Shown here piece by piece: positions 24,864 to 38,566 of a stretch of DNA of 64,000 nt. Made by a program: the position numbers and the translations under genes. Positions within the stretch are counted from its first letter, which is position 1. Each line of letters opens with the position of its first letter. The notes under the pieces are model-generated. The model saw nothing but the letters and a program-made list of their open reading frames with translations. It was not told the DNA's origin and ran no database searches. Source of the stretch: Mesotaenium endlicherianum (lineage: Eukaryota). The stretch is taken from positions 339,097 through 403,096 of the forward strand of contig WELA01000984.1 of the NCBI GenBank assembly GCA_009602735.1. The letters are read 5' to 3'.

Positions 24864-26327
24864 CCTCGGTATTCAAGAATAACTTAATACTTAGCGGAAA
24901 GAGAATAACAATAACTACGAACAAACAATCATCCTCGAAAAACGAAAATGAATCTAGAATAGAATGTGTGGAAGTGAGAGTTGCACTTACAATGACTCTT
25001 GCAAGTATTTATACTAGCACAAAATGAGACACAAGAGTGCTTCAAGTCACCACCTAGGGCATTGGTTCATCTTCAACGAAAACACTTGAAGGGCGATAAC
25101 CCGTAACGCGCCGTTTGGCCGTTTGGAGACTTTTCGACGGTTTCCAAAAAACCGTTTTACGCCAAATGGGCGTTTTCGCGTTCATGCAACTTTTCAAAAA
25201 GTCGCGACTGCTCGCGGAGTCGCGTACACATTGATTGGACATGAAGCAAATGTGAGTTATTGTAGTGATTTGAGTTATTATATATTAGTTTGCATATATT
25301 TCAATGTTTTCAAATATATTTGGAGTAGTATTGTGTGGATTCAAGTGTGAATAGGTACTCTAGTGACTTGGTTCATGTCCTTTGAACCTTCTAAGGCATT
25401 TTCGAAGTTAGAGGAAAGACCTAGAAGAACTCCACGTGGCAAAAGTCAAATGTGCCATTTTTAGGTCAAAAGGACATGTGTACATTATTCTAGAAAGAGG
25501 TGGCAAGTTTTGGGATGTGTTGGGTGCCAACACATCAACATACACCTTCCTAGAAATTACTTATGTAGCAAGTATATAAACAAGAGCTAGAACATAGAAA
25601 GACATTCGAGAATCACTCTTGTACTTGCCAAAATCCAGAAATATATTAACTTTCAAGAAGCCATCTCTCTTTCAAGAAGCTACCACTTGTGTTCAAAGAT
25701 CCTTGTCTTGAATAGATAAAGTATTATATTTCACTAAGTACTTCATCTATTTGTTTCACTACAGTTATAATATCTACTTCGTCAAGCCGGTTAGGTGGGA
25801 ACGAATCAAACAAAGGGTCGCGGGTTCAAATTCGCTTGGATGCAAAGCGAATTTGCATATTTTTTTTTGTGTGACTTTTACAATAATCTTCGGAGTCGCA
25901 ACACGTCGACCAAAGGGTTGTGTGCTCGAATGCGACTGGTGGCTCTCTTGGGCAACTTTCAAAGGTGTTTTCTTACGAATTAACAACTATCGTTAATTGA
26001 AAAGAATGACAGTTATTATCCAATTTATTGAATGTCATATTAAGTTAATTAATCACCGATTAACTAAGTTATTCATTCATAATTTATCAAGGTAACTTTA
26101 TGAATGATTATGTTGTTCTATTGCAAAGTAATCGAATTCCTTTACGATGCTTTTTGCAATAGCAATCGGGTCGTTTTGCCAAGCGACCAGGAATTAGTCG
26201 GCACACGCGTGTGTGAATTAATTCATCAAGATGCAATCTTTTCTCAAATAAAATATCGATAAATAGTGTAAAGTTTTTTAGATAATCAGAAAACGTCCCA
26301 AATATGCCTAAAAAGCTCAGATCGTCA
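24864..26327 (-). mobile_element. Diverged family-B-related LTR, interrupted by a family A solo LTR; left boundary unresolved
   Basis: Reverse-complement similarity to the family B LTR (CCTCGGTATTCAAG ... CCCAAATATGCCTAAAAAGCTCAGATCGTCA). Confidence 0.75.
25261..25763 (+). mobile_element. Solo LTR, family A (503 bp)
   Basis: TGTAGTG...CACTACA, TSD GTTAT/GTTAT; matches the LTRs at 52745 and 59014. Confidence 0.95.
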
Positions 26328-26460
26328 GCTAAAGACTAAATGACCCTTGTATTCCATTGACATGTACAATTTGTAAGCATTTTGACTGATTCGGCGTACC
26401 ACCAAATAGGGGCCCACCCAGACAGGTCCAAGCTTTCTCTTGATGACCCCAGGAAGGTAC

Positions 26461-27381
26461 TGTAACGATCCGAGCTATTTTAGGCGTATTTGGGACGTTT
26501 TCCCAATTACCTAAAGTACGTTATACTATTTATCATATTATTTGATAAATGATTGCATCACATTCAATTATTCGTCACACGTGTGTGTCGATTAATTCCT
26601 GGTCGATTGGCGAAACGACCAAGATACTATTGCAAAATGCGTCGTAACGTAACTCGACTACTTCGCAAAAGTACATAATTATTCATAAAGTTACTTTGAT
26701 TAATTATGAGATGATAACTTAATAAATCACGGATTGATTAAGTTGATTTGATTGTCATTATTTCGGATAATGCACAATCACAAACTTCGCATTTACGACC
26801 AGTCGTTAATACGAAGAAAGCGTCGTGAAATTCAAACGACAATTAACATGCAAAGCGACTTTGCATCCGAGCGGATTCGAACCCGCGACTCGTCGTTTGA
26901 ATCGTTCACACCTAACCAATTGGCGAAGTAGTTATTCGTAACTACCGGTTCATGGCGAAAGTACCTGTACGCAACTCCGCGAACCATCCCGTCTTTTCAA
27001 AAAGTCGCGTGAACGCGAATACGCCCGTTTGGCGTGAAACGGTTATTTCGGAAAACCGTCGAAAAGTCTCCAAACGTCCAAACGGCTCGTTTGGAGCATT
27101 CGGCCGAACGGTTTTGTAACCTTTCGTCCGTTTTCGTTAAACATGAACCTGTGCCCTAGGTGGTGACTCGAAGCACTCCAGTGCCTCAAGATTTGCAAGT
27201 ATATATACTTGCAAGAGTCATTGTGAGTGCAACTCTCACAAGCACACATTCTACGTTAGTTTACATTTTCGCTCTTTCGAGTATTCGTCGATTTGCACAA
27301 TTATACAGATTTTCCTTCCACTTGAATTAAATATTCCTTGAATACCGAGGAAAGATCCTCTCGAAAAGCAGAAACGTAACA
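26461..27381 (+). mobile_element. Solo LTR, family B (921 bp)
   Basis: TGTAACG...CGTAACA, TSD GGTAC/GGTAC. Confidence 0.95.
26862..26933 (-). other. tRNA-like Pol III A-box/B-box module inside the family B LTR (not a functional tRNA)
   Basis: Minus strand TCGCCAATTGGTTAGG...GCGGGTTCGAATCCGC with tRNA-like spacing; no acceptor stem. Also present at about 25780, 28908, 31113 and 42071. Confidence 0.6.
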
Positions 27382-30300
27382 GGTACAAATGCTGAGTATG
27401 CAGTTTGACCAAGTCCCCTTTAGAAAATGTCAGGTCCCGACGGTGTTGATTGGCATATTTTGGTTGGGTTTCTGGGCTTTGTACAGGTTGTGCTTAACTT
27501 TTGATAAAGTGTCAACGAACTCCTGAGTCAAATGTAAGGAGATCAAATTGTCAATCCCCTCAGGGTGAGTCAACGACTGCCCCAGAACATCTAAGGAAGA
27601 CTTAGGGACTTTATCCAGACTGAGTTCAAACGAAGTCATTCTCGTTGACGCATGAACAGCACTGTTAACTGCAAACTGAATCTGTGGCAACAATTCATCC
27701 CAATTATCTTATTTTTGGTTGATATAGACTCTCAACACCTCCTGCAGAACTCGGTTAGTTCTTTCAGTCTGCCAGTCAATTTGAGGGTGGTTTGCTGTGC
27801 TGAGCAGCTGTTTGACTCCCATTAATCCCATTAATGCTCTCTTGAACTTAGAGGTAAATTTGGAGTCTCTGTCTGAGATATATTGGAGGGCCATGTTGGC
27901 ATACTACATGCTTGTAGAACTGTCTTGCAATTTCGAGAGCAGTCACCTTGACAGTGGTGGGGATGAAAATGACCATATTTGTCAGTGTATCCACTACTCC
28001 CAAAATGGAATCATGCCCATTGGCAGTTCTCGGTAGTGTGACCACCCAGCACATTGAGATAGTCTCTCATCTTCCAGCAGGAGTAGGTAATGGTTGCAAT
28101 AACCCCCCGGGTGATGTGTGTCTAAACTTGTTCTTTTGACACTGATCACATGACTTAACATACTTTAAGACCTCCCGAGGTAATCCTTCCCAGTGGTAGT
28201 GTTTTGCCAATTTGCCAAGTTTGGCCTGTCTTAAGTGTCCACCCAGTAAATTGTCATGAGCCTGACTAAATAATAGAGACCTTAGTTCCGAGTTATGAGG
28301 AATGGCCAGCTTCAATGTGCCTGAATTGGTTTCATTTACTAGACCCACCCTTTAGCCTATACCCAAGTGTAGTAGCAAGACACACACCATCAGTTGGACT
28401 GGGCTCAAATGTTGGGTTAGAAAGGTAGGCTTTTCTACGTTGTTTAATGTAACGATTCTAACTTTCGAGAGAATAGTAAGAATCTTTTCTAAACTGTTCA
28501 GAAAGGAGTTCTGCAGAATTATAGAATTAGTGCGTGTGAGAGTTGCACTCACAATGACTCTCGCAGGTATTTATACCTGTTCAACGTGAGGCACTTGAGT
28601 GCTTTGAGTCACCACCTAGGGTACCAGTCATGTCAACGAAAATAGTCAAATGGATGTGACCCATTTGACCGAATGCTTGAAAATATGCCATGTGGCAGTT
28701 TCGAGACTTTCGACGAATCGCAACAAATCGTTTTGCGCCGAATAGACGTAGTTGCGTTCTTTGAATAGACATGTTTGTTCGTAGGCATGTCTTAGCTTCT
28801 TTCAAATAGACTAATCGCGGTCATGTCTTCTCGATGTTTTCGATAGACGTGACCGTTCGTCGTGCGCACAAGCTTTCGTCATGACCGAGTAATCGTCATA
28901 ACTACTTCGCCAATCGATTAGGTGTGATCGTCTCAAACAAGGGGTCGCGGGTTTGAATCCGCATGGACCGTTTTGTTTGAGTTTTATGATTTCGTTTGGT
29001 TTAACGACTGGTCGTTAATCCGAAATCAATGACTGTGCATTATCCGAAATAATGACAATAAACATAATCTGATCAATCCGTAATTGAATAGGTTATCATC
29101 TCATATTTATCCAAAGTAACTTCATGGATAATTATGTCGTACTATTGCAAAGTAGTCAAAATTTTTTACGGCACTTTTTGCGATACGACTTGGTCGTTTC
29201 GCTAATCGACTAGGGAATAGTCAGCACACGTGTGTGGCAAAAAACTCATCAAGGTGCAATAATTCATCAAAATCATATATTGATAAATAGCGTGATGTAT
29301 ATTAGGTACTTGGGAAACGTCCCAAATACGCCTAAAATAGCTCAGATCGTTACACTCCTCCCCCCTTATAAAGAACTTAACGTCCGCGTTAAGCGTCGTC
29401 TGTTAAGTCGTATGTGTCAATACTGACCGAAAACACCGGTGAACGAATGGACTTTGCTTCATCATAGGGACGGAAAAGAGCAAATATTTACGCACGTCTC
29501 TTTTGCGTTTGTTCATTGCATTACGACTTGTACCGGGTAGCACACTTGCCGTGGTACAGAGCTTGCTAGGTGAAAGCCCATCGTAACCAATACTATTTGA
29601 ACCAGGTCCTACGATGTAGTAGGATTTTGTCCTGAAGTTTGTACGAGTCCCCACTGGAGTCGTAGTCGAGCCATTTGATCAATAACTCCCTTGGGAGGCT
29701 TATGACGGGTGTAGCGATGTCCTAAGACGTCCTCTACACTCTAGGCTTATCATCATCGGCGAGTTCCAATTCCGGTGCTTGTGGCTAATATCGGCCGTCA
29801 GACCTAAACAGCTTTAGTAAATTGACTTGGAATACGGGATGCGTTTACCCCATGGATTTGCAAATCCAGTCGTTATGCAAGAGGTGTAACCTTTGCAGTA
29901 ACAATAAAAGGGCCTACCCAGCGAGGCAGACGGTTGCGCTTTTGTGGGTGCTTGAGTTGCAAGTTTTTTGTTTTGCAAAAGTACTTTATTGCCGACCTCA
30001 AAACTCATATCAATTTTGTGCGTATCAGCAAACTTTTTCTGCCGATCTCGAGCGGCGGCCCGAGCCAACTTTGCTTGTTTGTGCACCTCTTGAAGAGAGC
30101 GGACAAAGAGGCGAGCACGTGGTACTCTCATGGTTGGCATCCCCGCCTCACCGGTTACCGTATGCGTGAGAGGAGTGTGCGGATGTCTTCCGTAGTTCAG
30201 AAAAGAACAAAGTTAACACTTTTTTGATAAGCATAATTAACAGTGAACTCTGCAACTGAAAGGAGGGTGTCCCAGTTTTCTTAGAGAGACTTCACCTAAT

Positions 30301-33300
30301 GCTTAAGGAACTGCTTCAGAACGTGGTTCAAGCGTACAGTTGGGCTTCTATCGGTCTGAGGATGGAAGCTAGTGGATATCGTTTCTGTCGTGTCGAAGTA
30401 CGAGCAAACTTCCTGCCAGAAGTTGCTCGTAAATCTATTGCCACAATCACTTATGATCTTTCAGCATACCTAGTAACTTGAACACGTGATCAATAAAGAG
30501 ACGAGCACCCTCGATTGCATCAAGTGATGGTTTAGTGGCCACCTAAGTGCACCACCTTAGTCAAAGGATCCACAATCTGTTAACACCCCATTGTGTCATG
30601 TATCGATGGTAGGTTATGCAACGACAAAGTCAAGGCTTGCTTTACCAAGGAGCACATCCAAGTTCCAATAGTTGCAGCTTCCCAGCCGGCAACGTATTGC
30701 TCGATTTTGTAACGATCCGAGCTATTTTAGGCGTATTTGGGAAGTTTTCCCAATTACCTAGAGTACGTTATACTATTTATCATATTATTTGATAAATGAT
30801 TGCATCATATTCAATTATCCGCCACACGCGTGTTCCAATTAATTCCTGGTCGATTGGCGAAACGACCAAGATACTATTGCAAAAAGCGTTGAAACGTAAC
30901 TCGACTACTTCGCAAAAGTACGACATAATTATTCATAAAGTTACTTTGATTAATTATGAGATGATAACTTAAGAAATCTTGGATTGATTGAGTTGATATG
31001 ATTGTCATTATTTTGAATAATGCACAATCATAGATTTCGCATTTACGATTAGTCGTTAATACGAAGAAACAATCGTAAAAGCTAAACGACACATAATATG
31101 CAAAGCGACTTTGAATCCGAGCGGATGCGAACCAGCAACTCGTCGTTTGAAACATTCACACCTAACCGATTGGCGGAGTGGTTTTTATAACTCCCGGTTC
31201 ATGACCAAAGCATCTGTACGCGACTCCGCGAACAGTTGCGACTTTTCAAATGTCGCGCGAATGCGAAAACGCCCATTTGGCGTGAAACGGTTTTTCGGAA
31301 ACCGTCAAAAACTCTCCAAACAGCCAAACGGTGCGTTTCGAGCATTTGGCCGAATGGTTCGTACCCCTCCGACCGTTTACATTGAACATGAACCAGTACC
31401 CTAGGTGGTGACTCGAAGCACTCCAGTGCCTCATGTCGTGCAAGTGTAAATACTTGCAAGAGTCATTGTGAGTGCAACTCTCACAAGCACACATTCTACG
31501 TTAGTTTTCATTTCCGCTATTTCAAGTATTCGTCAATCCGCACAAGTATACAGATTTTCTTTCCACTTCAATTAAATATTCCTTGAATACCAAAAAAAGA
31601 TCCTCTTGAAAAGCAGAAACATTACAATGGTATCGGAGCCGATCTCGGTTTCTCCAAGGAAAAATTTTAGAGTGGTTTGGGAATATGTTTAGAGAAGATA
31701 TATATTAGGGACAATTCTTTATTCCGACAATCACCCATCCCAGTATTGCCCTGCGCTCCGGTCGCTTATCATAGTTTCTGGGCAGATTGTCGAGCGATCA
31801 CCCATCCCAGTTCTGCTATGAACCTACGGTCGCTTATCGTAGCCACTTTCGACGGGAAATTTTTTCTCCATTTTCCGGCGTCGCCGGCGCCAACACAGCG
31901 GTTGTTGGTGCAACTGCGCTGCAGCTGCTCTTGCCGCTGGCCAAGACGACAACCTCAACGGTCCCTCAGGCCAACTAGGCGCTGTCGAAATTTTTTCCGT
32001 TGAACCTTTCTTTTTTTGCCGTTACTAACAACGCCGCTTGTTTCTTTTTCAGACGATTTTGACTTTTGTGGTGAAGGGTGCCTATTTCTTCAACCCCTTG
32101 CACATGTTCAAGTCAAAATCTGCACCCGTTTGGGGCTTTTTTTGCACCGTTGCACACAAAAGGGGTCCATAGGGGACTTTCTTTTTCATCCCCACCCATC
32201 CCACCCACCTTGTGTTCTTGGATGCTATGCGCGTGTTTTGATACATACAAAGGATTTTTGCCCACGGGTCTTTTCCATGACATTGTCGCACTTGTTGTCA
32301 TTCTACGGGAATTGACTCTCGCGCACAATTTCTGGATTCAAAACATTGTCGTCCATATTTGGTCACGTTTTGACCAGATTTGACATGTTTCTTTGACATT
32401 GAGTTGATTTTTTTGCTCATTTGAGTTTGTGGATTGTTTCCCTTTCTCTATTGCTTTGGCACGATGCTTTTTCATCTAGTCTATCTCGTCCATTTGTGAC
32501 TCACCCCTCTCACATGAATTTGAGCTTGAAAGCGATAAGAACACCGCCCTGCTTATCACAACGCTCACTCAAATCATGTCAAGGTTGACATTGCATTTAA
32601 CTTGATAAGTGCCAATTTCTATTGAGCTATTGACAACACAACTTAGTGAGCAAAAAATTCTAGGTGTTTGTGCACATGCACCAAAGGTTCTTGTTCACTC
32701 TGGCTTACCCGATATAAATATACTTCGAAACGAATATATTTGTATGCCAGTGTTGAGCTTTGCTGAGTTCTTGGAACTCGAGTGCATCCCTAATACCATG
32801 TTCTTGCACTTCCAGCCGCATGATCCTAACCTTGCCAAATGTTACGAACACTTATTTCGCTTACGAAAAATGCACAAGTGTCTTGCACCAATTTCTATTG
32901 CTGCATTTACACATATTCGCGCGTACTCTAACCCGATTACTCGGTTTCGCGCGAGGACAGCAATGCAAAATGGGATCTTGGTAAAGGACCTCCACATTCC
33001 CCACATTCCTCTCACGGCGAGGATGTTGCTGGTGATGCATAATGCTTCTTTGGGGTTAAGTATGACTTTTGATACGAAAGTTTCAAGAAGATCATGCTTT
33101 ACAGTCATTGATTCAAGCGCGTCAGTGAGCTTCATTAGTGCACGTTTCGCACACGGCATGGAGTTGCTTCCAATATTCAAGGACGAGGAACTCCGCCTTG
33201 GCAATGGCTCGTTAGCTTGCATTACTGGAACGATTAAATTACCGCTGCGTGCAATCTTTTCAGGGGCGTGTACAATTCTACGTCACTGAATTGCCACATG

Positions 33301-34166
33301 GAATCGACGCAGTTTTGGGTAATGATTGGCTTACGCAAACGAGTGCATTGCTTGACTTCAATCAAAAGACATGCATTGTACGCAAAGGGACCAAAAAGAT
33401 TACTCTTCAGTCCCTTAAGCCCGATTTGGCCTTGAAAAGCCCTTCAAAGACTCTTCTATTGTCCATAAAGCAAGCTCAACTTTTGGCAAAATACGGTCAG
33501 AATGTTTTCTTTGGATTACTGAGACCCGATTCCCCAGCAACTTCAACTACGCTCTTCACGCAAGAGCCGATGTTAGACGTTACTGGTCATGAGGAAACCC
33601 CTCACAGCTGAACTTTCTGCTCTTTTGCAAAAGTACAAATCAATGTTTCCAAGTGAAATACCCGTCGGGCTTCCGCCTGACAGGGGTATTGGACATACAA
33701 TCCCTCTCATTCCCAATTCTCAACCGACTTGGCGACCAATTTATCGCCTAAGCCCATTGGAGATGAACGAAATGAAAGACCAAATTAGCGACTTGCTGGA
33801 GAAAGGATGGATTGAGCCGAGCTTTTCTCCATTCGGCGCCCCCATCCTATATGTTCAAAAGAAAGATGGGACGCTTAGAATGTGCATTGATTATCGTGCG
33901 TTGAACAACATAACGGTCAAAAACCGCTATTCGTTGCCTCGCATTGATGATTTGTTTGATTCGTTGCAGGGGGCATGCGTGTTCTCCTCGCTTGACTTAG
34001 CCAAAGGCTATCATCAAATTCAATCACACCAGAGGATGTCCCCAAAACAGCGTTTCATACGCCTATTGAGCACTTCCAATACAAAGTCCTCAGTTTTGGA
34101 CTTACCAATGCACCAGCGACATTCCAAAGTACGATAAACGATTTGTTTAGACCTTAATTGGGAAAA

Positions 34167-34200
34167 TTTAGGGTTTAGGGTTTAGGATTTAGGGTTTAGG
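34167..34200 (+). repeat. Interstitial plant-type telomeric repeat, about 5 x TTTAGGG
   Basis: TTTAGGG TTTAGGG TTTAGGA TTTAGGG TTTAGG. Confidence 0.9.
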
Positions 34201-36547
34201 CATTACAAGCACCTCGAGTTGGTGTTGCAAATCCTTTGTGAGCAACAGTTGTACGCTAAGCTCAAGAAATGTTCCTTCCTAAAAGATGAACTTTTGTACT
34301 TGGGACATTTAGTGGGTTCGAAATGGGTGCGCCCTGACGCAGCCAAAATTGCGTGCGTCGCTGACTGGCCTGCCCCAAAAGATGTACATACTGTATGTTC
34401 ATTCCTCGGGTTTGCTAACTACTTTTGTAAGTTTATGCAAGATTATTCCATAATGGCCGCGCCACTCACTGCTGGGATGTGAATACGCAACATGCGTTTA
34501 AGCGCATTAAGTATGCACTCACTAATGCGCCACTTCTTTCATTACCCGATCCCGACTTGCCTTACGAGGTAGTTGCCGATGCGTCTGGTGTTAGAATAGG
34601 GACTGTGCTGCTGCAGGCAGGCAAGCCTATCAGTTTTGAGAGTCGTAAGCTGACACCTGCCGAACAAAATTACTCAACGACAGAGCAAGAGCTCTGGGCA
34701 GTCATATACGCTTTGAAAACTTGGCGATGTTACTTGGAAGGCTGCAAAGGTTTGACAGTGGTTACGGACCATTGCCCAAATACCTTCTTTCAAATTCAGC
34801 CAACGTTATCGAGGAGACAGACGAGATGGTCTGAGTTCTTGCAACGATTCCACTTTGAGTGGGCGCATCGCCTAGGCCGCAACAATGTTGCTGATCCTCT
34901 ACGTCGAGTTCCTCACCACCACTTGATGTTGGGGACTGTTGTTAGTTTGCAAGGATGAAACGGTCAGGTTTCAAGGGCAGCCACCCTTGATTCCGTTGTA
35001 CCCCCCCAGACGACTGGCGTTGCACGGCCTGGTGACGCGGACCAACCCGATTTGGGTAGCATGCAAACCTCCGAAGTACTTGACCTGCATCAATCATTTC
35101 ATGAGGGCTATCTCAAAGACCCGTTTTTCCTAGATCTCCAGGGTACTGACTTGAGCGGTGTAGCCGTGACGATATACAGTATGGATAAAAGGAAAGATCA
35201 CTCAAGCTATTCGTTTGAGGACGGTTTTTGGTGGCACAATGGGCGAATGGTTGTCCCAGAAGGCCGAGTAAGACATGTGCTACTACGAGAAGCACATGAC
35301 TCTCCTTACTCTGGTCACCATGGAATTACCAAAACCCCACACGCTTTGCGCCGAGGGTACATTCGGCCGTCTATAGTGAAACAGATAGATAAAGTACTTG
35401 GTGAAATATAATACTTTATCTATTCAAGACAAGGATCTTTGAACACAAGTGGTAGCTTCTTGAAAGAGAGATGGCTTCTCGAAAGTTCATATATTCCTGG
35501 ATTTTGGCAAGTACAAGAGTGATTCTCCAAAGTCTTTCTATGTTCTAGCTCTTGTTTATATACTTGCTACATAAATAATTTCTAGGAAGGTGTATGTTGA
35601 TGTGTTGGCACCCAACACATCCCAAAATTTGCCACCTCTTTCTAGAATAATGTACACATGTCCTTTTGACCTAAAAATGGCACATTTGACTTTTGCCACA
35701 TGGAGTTCTTCGAGGTCTTTCCTCTAACTTTGAAAATGCCTTAGAAGGTTCAAAGGACATGAACCAAGTCACTAGAGTACCTATTCACACTTGAATCCAC
35801 ACAATACTACTCCAAATAAGTTTGAAAACATTAAAATACATGCAAACGAATATATAATAACTCAAATTACTACATCACCCCCCCGACAGAAAAAGCGACG
35901 TCTCGGCGCGTCAAGTAAGGTCTTACACATGTGGAGCAGACTTGTTGTCAGATGCCACATATGTGAAGAGGATTAGTCCAAGGCGCCAAGTCAGGTGCTA
36001 CACATGTAAGGTAGACTAGGCAAGGTCGTGGGTGGTGTGACCTTATTGGCTAGCCTACTCCTTGATGATAAAGAAAATTGTACAAGTTGGCCCAGAATCT
36101 GCCACAAATTCAAAAATTCATAGCGTCCACAAAACTGCTTTAAATCTCAAAACTTGAGTGCCAAACGGACCGCGTCAAAGAACTCTACTGGGTCACCAAA
36201 TTTGAGAGCATTCTAATTTTTGGAGTGTCGTTGAAAGCTGAGAGAGTAGGCACTCCTCCAAATCTATGCAGAAACTTCTGAAACTCATAAGTCCTTCTAT
36301 ACTTCTCCACATTCTGCAAAATAAGTCTCAAACTGGGCGCTGTAAGATGTTTTACCAGAGTCTTCAGTTTCAAAGCATTCCAAGTTCAGGGGAGGGCACA
36401 ATGTCAGAAGGCATATTCTGCCCTAACAATGCCAGCAGCCTGACCCCCTTCTACTTAGAGCATCATATCTCTCTCACCAGTGCTCCAAATTGAGCAAACT
36501 TGGACTCTAAATGACCGGCTACTCATGGACTATAGCCAAGTGAATTT

Positions 36548-38566
36548 TCAAAATTTATTATGCAGGGGCCTATCACCAGTAGCAGTTTTAATTTTTTGTC
36601 CAGAATCTGCGAGAAGAGAAGAGTGTTTCCTCTTTCTTGTTCTTGCAGGCTGCCTCCAAGGGGTCTTCTGCTGCTTCTTGATGGTGGCAGGCTGCCTCCT
36701 TGAAGTCTTCGGGCTTCGAGTAGAGAGACTTGGGGCTGGTCCAAGATGGGGGTTGGCGGCATGGAAGCGCTTCAACTTACTCTGAACTTTGTCAAGGTAG
36801 TGTGCCGCCACCCAACTATTCTCCGAATCTGGATATCCTTTCCACTTGATCAAGTATTGCTGCTGTCTCCTGAAATTTCTCATAGCCACTATGTCTTCCA
36901 CTTCGTACTCCAAATGATCATCCATTATTGTTGGGGCTGGTGGGGTTGTCACACGTCCTGGGAACTTGTTGTCGGGTTGCACATATGGCTTGAAGAGGGA
37001 AGCGTGGAATACGGGGTCGATGTGCATAGTCTGGGGAAGTTCTAGCTTGAAAGCAACGGGGTTGACTTGCTGGATAATCTTGAAGGGTCCCAAATACTTG
37101 GGAGAGAACTTGCTGTCGGCAGGCCTGATGCTCAGGGAAATATTCTTGGATGATAGTAACACGTTGTCACTCACTCTGTACGTAATTTCTTTTCTGGATC
37201 TGTTCACCACTCTTGCTTGAGCATCTTGCGCGTGTTGTAGAGCTTTCTTCGCTGCTGTAAGGGCTGCTTCTAATGTCTCCATAAAATCNNNNNNNNNNNN
37301 NNNNNNNNNNNNNNNNNNNNNNNNNNNNNNNNNNNNNNNNNNNNNNNNNNNNNNNNNNNNNNNNNNNNNNNNNNNNNNNNNNNNNNNNNNNNNNNNNNNN
37401 NNNNNNNNNNNNNNNNNNNNNNNNNNNNNNNNNNNNNNNNNNNNNNNNNNNNNNNNNNNNNNNNNNNNNNNNNNNNNNNNNNNNNNNNNNNNNNNNNNCA
37501 GCCGGTCCATGAGCTCATCCATGCGCGGCAGCGGGTATCGATTCTTGATGGTGATCTTGTTGAGGGCGCGATAGTCCACACACATCCTCAAGGTACCATC
37601 TTTCTTCTTGACAAATAGCACCGGGGCTCCAAATGGCGACTTGCTAGGTCGAATGAAGCCATGCTCCAGTAGCTCCTTGATTTGCTTCTTGACTTCGTCT
37701 AGCTCCGTGTATGACATTTTGAACGTAGGCCGAGAGATGGGCTTGCTTCCGGGCTCCAACTCTATCTTGTGGTCCACGAACCTTTTGGGGAGTAAGCCCT
37801 TGGGCAATTCCGGAGAGAATACTTGTTTGTAGTCCTCTAAGACTTCTTGGATCTCCTTGGGAACGGGGCTGCCTTCTTGACTCTCGATGTCTTTCTTGAT
37901 GTCTTTTGGCGTGATCAAGGCCAAAAGAAGCTCGTGTCCCTTCCTCACAAGTCTCTTGCGTTGGAGGGCGGACAATAGTATCTCGTGTGTCGGCTTATAG
38001 ATGTCTTGAGTCTGGATATTCTGGATTGCGCGCAAAATACAGATTCTTGAAGTGATGTCATTTTTGATCTTGATAGTACCGGTCCTCCAATCAACTTGGG
38101 GGTTGTGCTTGGTCAACCAAGGCGTCCCTAGGATGATGTCGTACTTGCCCAATTGCATGGGGGAGAACACTACTCTATCCTTGAAGGACTTGATAGAGAG
38201 TGCCAAGGGGTACGTCTTCTTGGAAGGGGTAGTATAGGAGAATCCATCGGGCATCATAATCTCCTCGTCGTGGTCAAGAGTTCGCATAGTAATACCGTGC
38301 TTGGTGGCAAAATCTGCAGCAATGAAGTTGCCTTGAGCTCCGCTATCCACCAAGATGTGGACCTTCTCTCCTCCAAGGTAACCTCTCAAACTCATTGGGG
38401 CTGGAACGTCGTCATCAACGGGGGTCTCCACCTCACTTGGCTTGTTGCCTTCTCGTGAAGTGGGTCTTGGGGTGGTAGGCTCCTGGCCTACCGGCGCTGT
38501 CCGTTTTTTGACAACTTTTTGGGGCATGACAGTGCACGATGGCCTTTTTCCTTGCAATAAAAGCAT
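36548..38566 (-). CDS. pol: A1 Pol (protease, RT, [N gap], integrase end, chromodomain)
   Basis: [35 protein letters not shown]...YLIKWKGY. 210 Ns stand in for roughly 1.9 kb present in A2. Confidence 0.88.
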   Translation of the reverse strand: MLLLQGKRPSCTVMPQKVVKKRTAPVGQEPTTPRPTSREGNKPSEVETPVDDDVPAPMSLRGYLGGEKVHILVDSGAQGNFIAADFATKHGITMRTLDHDEEIMMPDGFSYTTPSKKTYPLALSIKSFKDRVVFSPMQLGKYDIILGTPWLTKHNPQVDWRTGTIKIKNDITSRICILRAIQNIQTQDIYKPTHEILLSALQRKRLVRKGHELLLALITPKDIKKDIESQEGSPVPKEIQEVLEDYKQVFSPELPKGLLPKRFVDHKIELEPGSKPISRPTFKMSYTELDEVKKQIKELLEHGFIRPSKSPFGAPVLFVKKKDGTLRMCVDYRALNKITIKNRYPLPRMDELMDRLXXXXXXXXXXXXXXXXXXXXXXXXXXXXXXXXXXXXXXXXXXXXXXXXXXXXXXXXXXXXXXXXXXXXXXDFMETLEAALTAAKKALQHAQDAQARVVNRSRKEITYRVSDNVLLSSKNISLSIRPADSKFSPKYLGPFKIIQQVNPVAFKLELPQTMHIDPVFHASLFKPYVQPDNKFPGRVTTPPAPTIMDDHLEYEVEDIVAMRNFRRQQQYLIKWKGYPDSENSWVAAHYLDKVQSKLKRFHAANPHLGPAPSLSTRSPKTSRRQPATIKKQQKTPWRQPARTRKRKHSSLLADSGQKIKTATGDRPLHNKF

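Larger units (their letters stand above)
26328..28447 (-). pseudogene. Decayed family C Ty3/gypsy pol fragment (integrase), copy C0
   Basis: Fragmented ORFs QAHDNLLGGH...CDQCQKNK, WVVTLPRTANGHD...TNMVIFIPT, ISDRDSKFTS, QIQFAVNSAVHAST; homologous to 59522-62076; split by a family B solo LTR. Confidence 0.9.

Noticed and set aside
26862..26933. Genuine tRNA gene
   Set aside because: No acceptor or anticodon stem pairing, and it is part of an LTR; kept only as a tRNA-like module.
37289..37498. Internal deletion of RT-RNase H-integrase in A1
   Set aside because: The missing part coincides with an N gap and is likely a collapsed repeat.
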